From positions 1 through 64,000 of the IMG/VR virus record IMGVR_UViG_3300043410_001823: 64,000 nucleotides of DNA. The stretch is one strand, 5' to 3'. Positions 5,910-14,941 of this stretch are shown piece after piece; position 1 is the first letter of the stretch; each line of letters begins with the position of its first letter. The notes under the pieces were generated by a model. The model was given only the letters and a program-made list of their open reading frames with translations, searched no databases and was not told the DNA's origin. A program made the translations under genes and the position numbers. This stretch comes from a virus.

Positions 5910-6243
5910 AAAAATAACTAAACTTGCCGAAAAATGGTATATATATGTTAATCTAGACCATCACAAGTCTCGTGATTGTATCTGGAGTATTGACATTAGT
6001 TATTCCTACGGTGAAAAGCCTAAATATTATGCTTATCACAATGGATATATTCTTGATGATTGGAGAAGTCCAGAGTGTGATACACTGGAAGACGCTGAAG
6101 CTTGGATGATAAATAAACTTGAGCGTGAACTAAAACTAGCTCACGAGCATTTGCTTGATGTTATTAATGGACCAGCTGATGAAATATGGTTTGACCAAGA
6201 CCGTGCAAAAGAAATTATAAAGGAGATATTTGATGAATCTTGA
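5896..6243 (+). CDS. Hypothetical protein
   Basis: ORF; start reassigned to ATG 5896. Confidence 0.7.
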   Translation: MTNIEKITKLAEKWYIYVNLDHHKSRDCIWSIDISYSYGEKPKYYAYHNGYILDDWRSPECDTLEDAEAWMINKLERELKLAHEHLLDVINGPADEIWFDQDRAKEIIKEIFDES

Positions 6244-6463
6244 TGATTTAACTGATGAACAAAAAGAAGATGTTATGAATCTTATTGTAATGACTGTTAA
6301 GGAAATTCGTGAACAGATTGATCAAGATATCTTATTTACCCAGCAAATATGGGAGCGTAAGGGTTTTGTAAAAAGTCGTAGAACACGCAAGGCTTTTGAG
6401 GCTTGTCGAATGATTGTACAAGGAAAGAACGAAGTCTATGATGAGTTTTCAAGCGGAGAGTAA
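6233..6463 (+). CDS. Hypothetical protein
   Basis: ORF with AGGAG RBS. Confidence 0.7.
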   Translation: MNLDDLTDEQKEDVMNLIVMTVKEIREQIDQDILFTQQIWERKGFVKSRRTRKAFEACRMIVQGKNEVYDEFSSGE

Positions 6464-6917
6464 AAAGGTTGGAGACGAGTTTGAGGCACTTGTTTATCAA
6501 GATTTACAGCGCCGTGGTTTTGATGTTATAGATAAAGACTTTTATTTAGCTGGCACTGGATGTGAAGTTGATTTTAGGGCACATGGAGAACGTTTTGAAT
6601 ATGTTGAATGTAAAGGTGGTAATGAAGGGGTTGGCAAACGTCCTGGAGCTAAACGAACAGACAATGTAAAAAAAGCTATTGCAAACGGGGCTCTAATTAA
6701 AAGCATTCATGATTTATATTATGTTGTTTATTTCAGTGCCAAAGCAGATGTTGGATCTTACTCAGATGAAATGATTAAAACTGCTTTAAAATATAAAATT
6801 ATTGATGAGGTTAGATATTTGGAACAGACTCCAGAAAAAACTATTAGCGATATAATTAAAGAACTAAAAGAAACTAATCCTGAAATGTTTATTGCTTTGG
6901 AAGAAAACAATGGCTGA
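6438..6917 (+). CDS. PD-(D/E)XK nuclease-like protein
   Basis: GDEFE...EVDF...YVECKG motif. Confidence 0.7.
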   Translation: MMSFQAESKKVGDEFEALVYQDLQRRGFDVIDKDFYLAGTGCEVDFRAHGERFEYVECKGGNEGVGKRPGAKRTDNVKKAIANGALIKSIHDLYYVVYFSAKADVGSYSDEMIKTALKYKIIDEVRYLEQTPEKTISDIIKELKETNPEMFIALEENNG

Positions 6918-7182
6918 TCCAAATCAAACCCCTGGTCCAGAACGTTTTCACTGGGCTTGTCCATGTGCTGGTTGTACAAAATCAGTTAAGTATGAGCGTG
7001 AGCAACTCATTGATTTATTTGAACAGCACAAAAAAGAATATTTAATATATCGTGGAGGTTCATTTAATGAAGATGGAACATTATTTTGGGCAAAAGATGA
7101 TGCTATGGCATATGCAGAAGGCATTGATGCTGTTATAGAAATTATAAAATCAAGAATACCTAAGCCTAAAAAGCGAAATTAA
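6910..7182 (+). CDS. Hypothetical protein
   Basis: ORF with CPCAGC motif. Confidence 0.65.
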   Translation: MADPNQTPGPERFHWACPCAGCTKSVKYEREQLIDLFEQHKKEYLIYRGGSFNEDGTLFWAKDDAMAYAEGIDAVIEIIKSRIPKPKKRN

Positions 7183-7213
7183 AAAACTGATATAATGATA
7201 AAAAGGGGACTTT

Positions 7214-7396
7214 ATGAGCATTTATCGTGTTTTTAATAAAGCAGTAGTTTTAACAGTAAAAACCAAAAGACCTGAAAAATGGTTGCTCGTTGATCGTGAA
7301 ACTGGTGAGGTTTACCAAGGTAGTCCAAATGGATGGTGGGATAAGATGAAGCCATACATTAAAGATGAAGATGATAATGACCAAAGATTGTTCTGA
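7214..7396 (+). CDS. Hypothetical protein
   Basis: TGATATAAT promoter motif and AAGGGG RBS upstream. Confidence 0.65.
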   Translation: MSIYRVFNKAVVLTVKTKRPEKWLLVDRETGEVYQGSPNGWWDKMKPYIKDEDDNDQRLF

Positions 7397-7408
7397 TAGG
7401 AGACTAAG

Positions 7409-8140
7409 ATGATCTTAATTGTTGGTGATAGCCATGTTATCAGAATGCGTAAAACATTGAATGGTGACAAAAGAATTAAAGAGTGTGCTTGGTATGGAGA
7501 TAAAACCCCACCAGCTGACTATGTAAAGCCAGAGTGTCCCGAAGAGCACATACTATCCTCTGGTAATTTTCCTGAGCCAGTATATTTTGCTTTTCATAAA
7601 GGCAGACATGCTTGGGGTAGTGATAAGCTTATCAATGAAGTGTACCCTTGCATTAAAAAAGTAGTAAAAGATGACACTATTATTTTGCCAGAATTTGGAT
7701 ATATAGATTCTAAAGTTCAATTAGTAAAGCATCAAAACCCTGAAGAAGCAGTAACAAAATACATGGATACGTTTTTAAATGCATTTCCAAATAATAAGAT
7801 TAGGTTTATTGAACCAATTCCCCAGTTTATTAATAATCTAGGTAGTGGTCCAGACATCTACGACTTTAAGGATAGATATCCTATGCATAAAGCTTTTGTT
7901 TATCACCTAAGAAAACAGTCTAAAGAGCGTGGGCTAGAAAAACCTTTCAGCCCTGAAGAAATATTTGGTGTAGATAAGTTCGATGAGTCTTATGAATGTC
8001 ATGAATGTGATTATTGTAAAGAGCCTCAAAGCATTGGTATGAAATGGGATCATCTAAAAGCAGAATATAATAAGCAACTTTTAGATCACATCCTTTCTCA
8101 TTATTTTGAACTTGACAAAATCGACTATAGATCTGTATAA
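7409..8140 (+). CDS. SGNH/GDSL-hydrolase-like protein
   Basis: ILIVGDSH, FGYID and WDHL motifs. Confidence 0.6.
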   Translation: MILIVGDSHVIRMRKTLNGDKRIKECAWYGDKTPPADYVKPECPEEHILSSGNFPEPVYFAFHKGRHAWGSDKLINEVYPCIKKVVKDDTIILPEFGYIDSKVQLVKHQNPEEAVTKYMDTFLNAFPNNKIRFIEPIPQFINNLGSGPDIYDFKDRYPMHKAFVYHLRKQSKERGLEKPFSPEEIFGVDKFDESYECHECDYCKEPQSIGMKWDHLKAEYNKQLLDHILSHYFELDKIDYRSV

Positions 8141-8141
8141 T
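8112..8141 (+). promoter_or_regulatory. Promoter TTGACA-18-TATAAT
   Basis: Perfect hexamers just before the tRNA at 8150. Confidence 0.75.
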
Positions 8142-8149
8142 ATTCAAAT

Positions 8150-8223
8150 GGAGCAATAGCCAAGTTGGTCAAGGCCCCGAACTCATAATTCGGTTATCGT
8201 AGGTTCAAGTCCTACTTGCTCTA
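8150..8223 (+). tRNA. tRNA with CAT anticodon, probably Ile2 (lysidine), or Met
   Basis: CCGAA-CTCATAA-TTCGG cloverleaf; Ile2 versus Met identity is an inference. Confidence 0.8.
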
Positions 8224-8264
8224 CAATGGCTTTTGCCATTTTTGTATACAAACAAGGAGAAAAA

Positions 8265-8801
8265 ATGAAAACAGTAGGGGATAAATTAGGAAACTTTGCT
8301 GTCATGGGGGTAAAGCCTGGAGCTTTAACTTATGATGATAGCTCGTTTGAAACAATTACTCAAGATTCTTTTGCAGGTAAGTGGAAGATTATTGCATTCT
8401 ATCCAAAGGACTTTACTTTTGTATGTCCTACAGAGATTGTTGCGTATGACGCTCTTGTAAATGATTTTAATGATAGAGATGCAGTTCTTATGACAGGTTC
8501 TGTAGATAATGAATTTTGTAAGATTGCATGGCGTAATGCACACGAAGATCTAAAGAAAACAAATTCTTGGTCTTTTGCAGACACCGCTCATCAACTTGCA
8601 AATGAATTGGGTGTTCATCATCCATCTGGAGTTACATACAGAGCAACATTTATTATTGATCCAGAAAACGTAATTCAGCACGTTACTGTAAATAATCTAG
8701 ATGTCGGACGTAATGCAGATGAAGCACTTCGTATTCTTGATGCATTGCAGACTGGTGAGCTTTGTGCATGCAATCGTCCACTTGGTGGAGATACGCTGTA
8801 A
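8265..8801 (+). CDS. ahpC: Peroxiredoxin AhpC
   Basis: FYPKDFTFVCPTE, GRNADEALR, LCAC. Confidence 0.95.
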   Translation: MKTVGDKLGNFAVMGVKPGALTYDDSSFETITQDSFAGKWKIIAFYPKDFTFVCPTEIVAYDALVNDFNDRDAVLMTGSVDNEFCKIAWRNAHEDLKKTNSWSFADTAHQLANELGVHHPSGVTYRATFIIDPENVIQHVTVNNLDVGRNADEALRILDALQTGELCACNRPLGGDTL

Positions 8802-8998
8802 TGGCAACTGGTGAATGGATCGTTTTGAAGGGGGAGAATTCTCACAAGTGTTCTCTTCCAGATTTTGTAGAAAATAAACCATATAGCACTATGCTTCAAA
8901 AAAGACATGCTGGATCGGTATGGAAGTGTGAGTGTAATTTAATGTATGAGTGGTCAGGTAAAAAATGGAGGGATGTAGATTATGCAATGGGTAGATAG
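8801..8998 (+). CDS. Hypothetical Cys-containing protein
   Basis: TAATG coupling to ahpC; HKC...WKCEC. Confidence 0.6.
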   Translation: MATGEWIVLKGENSHKCSLPDFVENKPYSTMLQKRHAGSVWKCECNLMYEWSGKKWRDVDYAMGR

Positions 8999-9494
8999 TT
9001 TAAAAGAATCACTACCAGAGTATGCAAAAGATATCAAGCTAAATCTTGATGCTGTAATTAATCGCAGCACTTTTGATCCAGATTACGCATCTGCGCTTGC
9101 ACTTGCAGCATCTATGCAAACAGGAAATGGAAAGCTTGTTGCTTTTATTGCAGCAGGAATTACAGATGAGGTTGAAAAGAATGCAGCAATGACTGCAGGA
9201 ACTTTGATGGCTCAAAATAATGTTTGGTATCCATACTTAGAAATGCTTGGAGATCCAAATGTTAGTGGCTTGCCAGCACAGTTACGAATGAATGCAATTG
9301 CTTCACACGGTGGAACAACAAAGGCTAAGTTTGAATCTTATGCTCTTATTGCTTCTATTATTGGTAAGTGTCATTTCTGTGTGACTGGTCATGCCGATAC
9401 CCTGCGTTCTGAGGGTTATACAGCCGAACAACTTAGAGATCTTGGACGCATTGCAGCAACTGTAAATGCTTTATCTAAGGTTTTATCCAATTAA
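8982..9494 (+). CDS. ahpD: Alkylhydroperoxidase AhpD
   Basis: LPEYAKDIKLNL, MAQNNVWY, CHFCVTGH. Confidence 0.93.
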   Translation: MQWVDSLKESLPEYAKDIKLNLDAVINRSTFDPDYASALALAASMQTGNGKLVAFIAAGITDEVEKNAAMTAGTLMAQNNVWYPYLEMLGDPNVSGLPAQLRMNAIASHGGTTKAKFESYALIASIIGKCHFCVTGHADTLRSEGYTAEQLRDLGRIAATVNALSKVLSN

Positions 9495-9530
9495 CAACCT
9501 ATCCTGGGTACGATATTAAACTACCCACTT

Positions 9531-9604
9531 GCCCCTATAGCTCAGCGGATAGAGCAGCAGGTTTCTACCCTGCGTTGTCGGAGGTTCGATTCCTTCTAGG
9601 GGCG
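9531..9604 (+). tRNA. tRNA-Arg(TCT)
   Basis: GCAGG-TTTCTAC-CCTGC cloverleaf. Confidence 0.88.
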
Positions 9605-9629
9605 CTTAACTTTCTGGTATAATCTTTAT

Positions 9630-10082
9630 ATGAGCGATTTAATTTCTACACTAAAGACACTGCTTGGTAGCACTGTCGCAATTAAATTTAAGGCACAAGG
9701 GTACCATTGGAATTGTGAAACAGATGATTTTCCACAATGGCATGATAAGTTTGGTGCAATTTATGAATCATTAGAAGACCCTATTGATGGGTTGGCAGAG
9801 TGGATCCGTATGCTTGGTGATTATGCTCCATTTAAGCTATCACGTTTTGCATCATTAAGTACAATTCCAGAAACAGAAATTTCATCTGATCCAGAGATGA
9901 TGGCTGCTGATCTATTAAAAGACCATATCGCTTCTGTAGAAGCTTTCAAAGCAGCATGTATTGCAGCTGGAGAAGCTGGAGAAAAAGGTTTAGAGAATTT
10001 CCTTGCAGATTGCATGACAACTCATCAAAAGTGGGCTTGGCAACTTCGTGCATCTACAACAGATATCGAATCTGGTGAATAA
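9630..10082 (+). CDS. dps: Dps / ferritin-like DNA protection protein
   Basis: HWN...F..WH..F...Y...D.LAE.IR and H.K.AWQL. Confidence 0.9.
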   Translation: MSDLISTLKTLLGSTVAIKFKAQGYHWNCETDDFPQWHDKFGAIYESLEDPIDGLAEWIRMLGDYAPFKLSRFASLSTIPETEISSDPEMMAADLLKDHIASVEAFKAACIAAGEAGEKGLENFLADCMTTHQKWAWQLRASTTDIESGE

Positions 10083-10084
10083 TA

Positions 10085-10747
10085 TTATCTTTCATATTTT
10101 GAAGGTGTATTAAATTTATCTTTTAGCAATTTTGTGTAAACTACATCAAAAGTATTATCTTCTGTTGATATAAAATACTCAAATATTTTATCTTCAGGGG
10201 TATTTCTGTATACTTTGACATCTTGAATTTCTCTGCCACCAACATTAAAAATATTTCCATATAAAGACCTTGGGGCATATGATAAATCTACTATTTTTGC
10301 AAGCTTTTCTTTATTCATTTTAATAGGGGTATGAATGTCATAATTAAGTGGTTGGTTTATACCCATGGAAATAAGTGCTTTATTTGCCTGGGTCAATACA
10401 CGAAAATACTCTGTTGTACCATGCAAAGATCCATGTAATTCAGCTTTGTCAATTAATAAGCCATCATAGAGATATGGTATATCAGACATTTGTTCAAGAA
10501 TAAAAAAGTCATCATTCATTGCTATAAAATCAGACACTTCTGCTATATTACAAATTGCCTTATAACATTCTGTAATGTTTTTAAACTTGTTTCCAACATT
10601 TTCAACTGGAACAAAATTTCCAACATACCAGTCTGGTTTACCTCCTACGACCCAAATATTGGCATCTAAGACGTTATCAACTACCGATCTAATAGAATAC
10701 CTTAGCTCTTCGTTTTCACCATCACGATTTATATATATAAAATCCAC
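10085..10747 (-). CDS. Stealth-like / glycosyl-phosphotransferase-like protein
   Basis: EELRYSIRSV and FIAMNDDFF motifs. Confidence 0.6.
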   Translation of the reverse strand: MDFIYINRDGENEELRYSIRSVVDNVLDANIWVVGGKPDWYVGNFVPVENVGNKFKNITECYKAICNIAEVSDFIAMNDDFFILEQMSDIPYLYDGLLIDKAELHGSLHGTTEYFRVLTQANKALISMGINQPLNYDIHTPIKMNKEKLAKIVDLSYAPRSLYGNIFNVGGREIQDVKVYRNTPEDKIFEYFISTEDNTFDVVYTKLLKDKFNTPSKYER

Positions 10748-10775
10748 ATAACTATTTTAGCAGATGGTATAATTA

Positions 10776-11480
10776 TTGTATGCTTGGGGGTATGAATTGA
10801 GTCAAAGTTGGATTAATCCAGTTATAGAATACTATAAGATATTTTTTGGTGATAAAGCAGATATCATTATAGATGTTGGAACTAGAGATGGCGATGATGC
10901 TTTCCAAATCGCTACCGCTCTTGATTCCAAAGAAATTTATGCTATTGAGGCAAGACAAGAAGCAGCCCAAGAAGCAATGACTAAGTATCCTAGCTTTGAT
11001 GTATCTAACATTGCTATTTCTAATTTTTCTGGTGTAACAGATTTTTATTCAATTATCTCTGACGATAAAGACTACGCTGGATCGTCTTCGTTTTATAACA
11101 ATAAGTTTACAAGACAAGAATATCCTCACAAAATTATTCAGGTGAATACTGTTACAATGGATCAATTTATTGAAGGTAAGGGGCTAGAGGGAAGGTTTCT
11201 AGATGTTGTAAAAGTTGATATAGAGGGTTACACATGGGAACTTTTAGATGGTTTTACTAAACATATGAACAATGTTAAACTATTTCACCTAGAAACAGAA
11301 AAGGTATCGACCCACAGCAATCATCGAAATAGTGAAGAGATAAAAGATTTTATGTTTTCAAAAAACTTTATTCTTGCAGGCACACAGTATGAATGGGATA
11401 AAGAAATCGAAGATCAAGTTTGGATTAACAAGTATCTTATTAACAATGAAAGAGAAAGACAAAAATGGCTAATATCTTAA
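10776..11480 (+). CDS. FkbM-family methyltransferase
   Basis: IIDVGTRDG, YAIEA, VVKVDIEG; true start may be TTG 10797. Confidence 0.85.
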   Translation: MYAWGYELSQSWINPVIEYYKIFFGDKADIIIDVGTRDGDDAFQIATALDSKEIYAIEARQEAAQEAMTKYPSFDVSNIAISNFSGVTDFYSIISDDKDYAGSSSFYNNKFTRQEYPHKIIQVNTVTMDQFIEGKGLEGRFLDVVKVDIEGYTWELLDGFTKHMNNVKLFHLETEKVSTHSNHRNSEEIKDFMFSKNFILAGTQYEWDKEIEDQVWINKYLINNERERQKWLIS

Positions 11481-13384
11481 TAGTTAGTGCTAATCTTCGT
11501 GATTGGACAAAAGACAGCGGTGGCAAAGAAAGAACTGCGACTTTAGCAGAAGCGCTACCAGAGCATAAAATAACATTCCTATCATTCTCCTGGAGTGGTG
11601 AGGTGTTTGAAAAATATATTAGTAAAAACATTCATCAAATCCAACTGCCAACCCCTGCTACAGCCATAAGAAAATATAGAGAATTAATTAAAGATGTTGC
11701 AAAGGTTAACTACGATTTAGCATTTGAAATGTTAAAGGATGAACTTAACTTTTTTACGCAAAAAATTGTTGAATTATCTGAAAGCTCTGACCTAGTCATT
11801 GTAGATCATGCCTCAATCTCTCCGCTTGTTCCTAGACTTGATGTACCCATAGTATTTAACTCTCACAACTGTGAATTAACCATGGCAAAACAGCTATACC
11901 CAGAACAAAAAAGCTTAATTGGAATTGTTGAAAAAATTGAAAAAGAGATTATTGCAAAAAGCTCTGCAGTAACATATTGCTCAAAGCAAGATATTAAAGA
12001 AATTCAAGATACATATGGAAAGATAAACAAGTCAATTTATATTCCTAATGGAGCAATAAAGCAACCAGTAGTTGACTATAAGCTTAGAATGCAGTCAAAG
12101 AACATTATGTTTGTTGGTAGTGGGCATCCACCTAATGTTGCAGCAGCTAAGAAGATGATCCCATTGGCAAAACTAATGCCCGATTATAATTTTTTAATTG
12201 TTGGCAGCGCTGGTGTAAATCTATCTTTTGATTCATATCCAAAAAATGTTAAAATTTTGGGGCACGTAAATGATAAAGAGCTTGATAAATATTTTAAGAC
12301 ATCCTTAGCCTTTATTAATCCAATGGATGCTGGATCAGGTACGCACTTAAAGATGATGAAAGCTTTAAGTTATGGAATTCCAATTATTACTTCTAAGGTT
12401 GGGGCAAGAGGTTTTTCTAGTACAGAAATAGAAGAGTCAATGCTAATTGCAGAATCACTACAAGACATGCAAAAGGCAATCTTAAAATTATCTAATGAAA
12501 AAACTGTTGAACGCCTAGTGCAAGGATCTCAAGAGGTGTTTAAAGAGTATGACTGGGATACTATCAAACAGACATATTCGGAGTTTATCGATAGTATGTT
12601 GTCATCATCAAAAAAAGTAAAGAAAAAAAAGGATGCAGAAGATAAACCTAAACAAAAACAAAAGGTCTTAGTTTATTCTATCATCAGAAATAGAGAAGCG
12701 AATATGAAGAGGTTTTATGATCAACTAAAGAAATTGGTCATTGCCTCTCCAGAATACGAGTTCTATCTTTCTATTTATGAGAATGACTCAGTTGATCAAA
12801 CTAAACAAGAATTGTTTAGCAAGGATTGGTCATTTTTTAAGGGTGTATCTATCATATCTGAAAATATAGATACAGAATATTTTGAATCTGTTAAAGATGC
12901 TCAAAGAGTGGAAAACCTTGCTAAAGCTAGAAACCGTGCTATTGAAGCAGGTGGCTTTTTAGAAAACATGGATTATGTTCTTATGGTTGAGGGTGATGTA
13001 GTTTACTCTACTGACCATGCCCGTCAACTTTTAACCTTTAAAGATAAAGAGCCAGAATTCGATGTAGTATCTACAATTTCATTACGCAAAAATGGAAGGC
13101 ATTATGATTGGTGGGCTACAAGAACCTCTGCAGTTTATAACCCTAATAAGTCTGAGATTGAGCCAGACTACGAAACTAAGAAGTATGGCAAATATTACTC
13201 TACCTCCAATGGTCTTTGTTTATATAAGGCAAAAATGTTTAAAGATGGAGCAAGACATGGGTGGATCAATAAGGTCACTAAAGAGTTTGATTGTGAAATG
13301 GTAGTTGTTTGCCAAGAATTTCATAAGCTTGGCTATAATAACATTTATATTTTATACACTGCTGAAGCCCATCATATGGGGTAA
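11465..13384 (+). CDS. Two-domain glycosyltransferase (GT4 plus GT-A-like domain)
   Basis: SGG, FVGS.HPPN, GSGTHLK...ALSYGIPIITS; C-terminal IYENDSVD, LAKARN, VEGD. Confidence 0.85.
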   Translation: MANILIVSANLRDWTKDSGGKERTATLAEALPEHKITFLSFSWSGEVFEKYISKNIHQIQLPTPATAIRKYRELIKDVAKVNYDLAFEMLKDELNFFTQKIVELSESSDLVIVDHASISPLVPRLDVPIVFNSHNCELTMAKQLYPEQKSLIGIVEKIEKEIIAKSSAVTYCSKQDIKEIQDTYGKINKSIYIPNGAIKQPVVDYKLRMQSKNIMFVGSGHPPNVAAAKKMIPLAKLMPDYNFLIVGSAGVNLSFDSYPKNVKILGHVNDKELDKYFKTSLAFINPMDAGSGTHLKMMKALSYGIPIITSKVGARGFSSTEIEESMLIAESLQDMQKAILKLSNEKTVERLVQGSQEVFKEYDWDTIKQTYSEFIDSMLSSSKKVKKKKDAEDKPKQKQKVLVYSIIRNREANMKRFYDQLKKLVIASPEYEFYLSIYENDSVDQTKQELFSKDWSFFKGVSIISENIDTEYFESVKDAQRVENLAKARNRAIEAGGFLENMDYVLMVEGDVVYSTDHARQLLTFKDKEPEFDVVSTISLRKNGRHYDWWATRTSAVYNPNKSEIEPDYETKKYGKYYSTSNGLCLYKAKMFKDGARHGWINKVTKEFDCEMVVVCQEFHKLGYNNIYILYTAEAHHMG

Positions 13385-13389
13385 AATAA

Positions 13390-13429
13390 AAATTGGGGGA
13401 AGGTTTTATCCTATCCCCCAATATTTTTT
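13390..13429. terminator. Bidirectional intrinsic terminator at the strand convergence
   Basis: TTGGGGGAAGG/CCTATCCCCCAA stem flanked by A- and T-runs, between convergent genes. Confidence 0.65.
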
Positions 13430-13433
13430 ATCT

Positions 13434-13718
13434 CTACTTTTTGTCAGTCTTCTTTGCTGGAGCCTTCTTAGCAACCTTCTTAACAGGCTTTTTAGCTGCC
13501 TTCAGAGCCTCTGTAACAACAGAAACCTCTGGTAGTCGACCAAATGCCTTGTCGTTTGGATTGAGGGCTCTAAGAGCCACTGGAGCCAATGCAGCCACTA
13601 AAGCTGTCCATAGGTCTGCTGGATCTGTTACACCAGACATGTAGAGTGCAATCGCAGCTCCAAGGACAGATCGTCCATAAGAAGCAAGCATTGCTTTATG
13701 TTCATTGCTTAAGTTCAT
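13434..13718 (-). CDS. Holin-like membrane protein with Lys/Ala-rich tail
   Basis: Two hydrophobic segments, RALNP.D..FG motif, basic C-terminus. Confidence 0.55.
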   Translation of the reverse strand: MNLSNEHKAMLASYGRSVLGAAIALYMSGVTDPADLWTALVAALAPVALRALNPNDKAFGRLPEVSVVTEALKAAKKPVKKVAKKAPAKKTDKK

Positions 13719-13763
13719 ATTTCCTCCTAGGATAGAACTAGTATAATCATATCACAAAGGATA

Positions 13764-14159
13764 TTATTCTTCAGGTAGAACTGAAGCTAACTGCTTATAT
13801 GCCTTTGAGATTTTTGATAGAGCTTCGTAATGTGGGCTAGATGAAGCCACAATTCCGTACTCATCAAAATATTCAATATCTGGACCTACAGTATCACAAA
13901 ACTCTTTGATGGCAACTTGTACCTCATCAATATACTGAAAAGCCCAATCTCTAGATTCAGAAAGGAACTTGATAAAATTTTCCTTGTGAATGTCTGATTG
14001 TTCTTCTGTCAAAGATGTTGTTTTGTTCAAATATTCATTAATTAAAACTAATTGTTCTATTGTAGCCTGTGCTATTCTAAACTGTTTTAATGTTACAATA
14101 AAAGAAAATGCAAATGATGCTGTTAAAAGACTTAAAATAATAACTACAATGTCTTTCAT
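13764..14159 (-). CDS. Membrane-anchored hypothetical protein
   Basis: N-terminal TM segment; FIKFLSESRDWAFQYI. Confidence 0.7.
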   Translation of the reverse strand: MKDIVVIILSLLTASFAFSFIVTLKQFRIAQATIEQLVLINEYLNKTTSLTEEQSDIHKENFIKFLSESRDWAFQYIDEVQVAIKEFCDTVGPDIEYFDEYGIVASSSPHYEALSKISKAYKQLASVLPEE

Positions 14160-14389
14160 TTTTCCAATGCCTCTCTAGTAACCAAAATAATTGCTCCCTC
14201 CATCTCTAATGCTTTTTTTACCTGTGTTATATATTGCACTGCCTCAATTTTTTCATCGTGATTTAAAGGAATAAAGGCTTTTTCATCTAACTTAATAGTC
14301 ATAAAATGATCATTATCAATAAGACTAATAGAGAAGTTTTTAGGAGGAACAATGCTATGAAAAGCTCTTTTCATGCCATCTGTATACAT
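14156..14389 (-). CDS. Hypothetical protein
   Basis: ORF coupled to its neighbours. Confidence 0.7.
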   Translation of the reverse strand: MYTDGMKRAFHSIVPPKNFSISLIDNDHFMTIKLDEKAFIPLNHDEKIEAVQYITQVKKALEMEGAIILVTREALEK

Positions 14390-14390
14390 G

Positions 14391-14678
14391 TTATTTTGCT
14401 ACCTTTAGCTGTGTTCTTTTTGGATTTGCTAACTCTATATTACCAGATACCTGCTTTGGTTGGCTATCTTCTTTTGACCATCGAATATACGATCTTACGT
14501 ATACTGCCATATAAGCTATAGAACCTAGATAAAATCCATATTGTTTTGTTTGTGTGGCATATATTAACCATAAACACTCATTTACAAATAAAATAATCCA
14601 ACCCCAGATTGTTTTACGTCCAATAAAAAATGTTCCAGTTATGCCAACTAAAGCAAGGATCCATGACCAATATTGCAT
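14391..14678 (-). CDS. PnuC-like small membrane protein
   Basis: Three TM helices, WGW...N..LW..Y...YGF. Confidence 0.55.
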   Translation of the reverse strand: MQYWSWILALVGITGTFFIGRKTIWGWIILFVNECLWLIYATQTKQYGFYLGSIAYMAVYVRSYIRWSKEDSQPKQVSGNIELANPKRTQLKVAK

Positions 14679-14881
14679 TATCCTCTACCCCACTGAATTT
14701 TATCCCAAACACGTTCATGCCAGTAGTAAACACCAATCTTAACTATTGTTTCCCAAAATGCAATAAGTGTTGCTAATGATCCTTTACCAGTAACTACATA
14801 TACTACGGCAAAAGATGTTAGTGTGCCAAAAACACGATATGTCCATGCTTTTAAAAATGATCTTTGTTTTGTAACTTTCAT
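14678..14881 (-). CDS. DUF2061 membrane protein
   Basis: RSFLKAWTYR...YYWHERVW. Confidence 0.85.
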   Translation of the reverse strand: MKVTKQRSFLKAWTYRVFGTLTSFAVVYVVTGKGSLATLIAFWETIVKIGVYYWHERVWDKIQWGRG

Positions 14882-14941
14882 AAAAACCCCCAAGACTATA
14901 AGTATATCATAGGGCATGATATAATTCAAATAGGGGATTTT

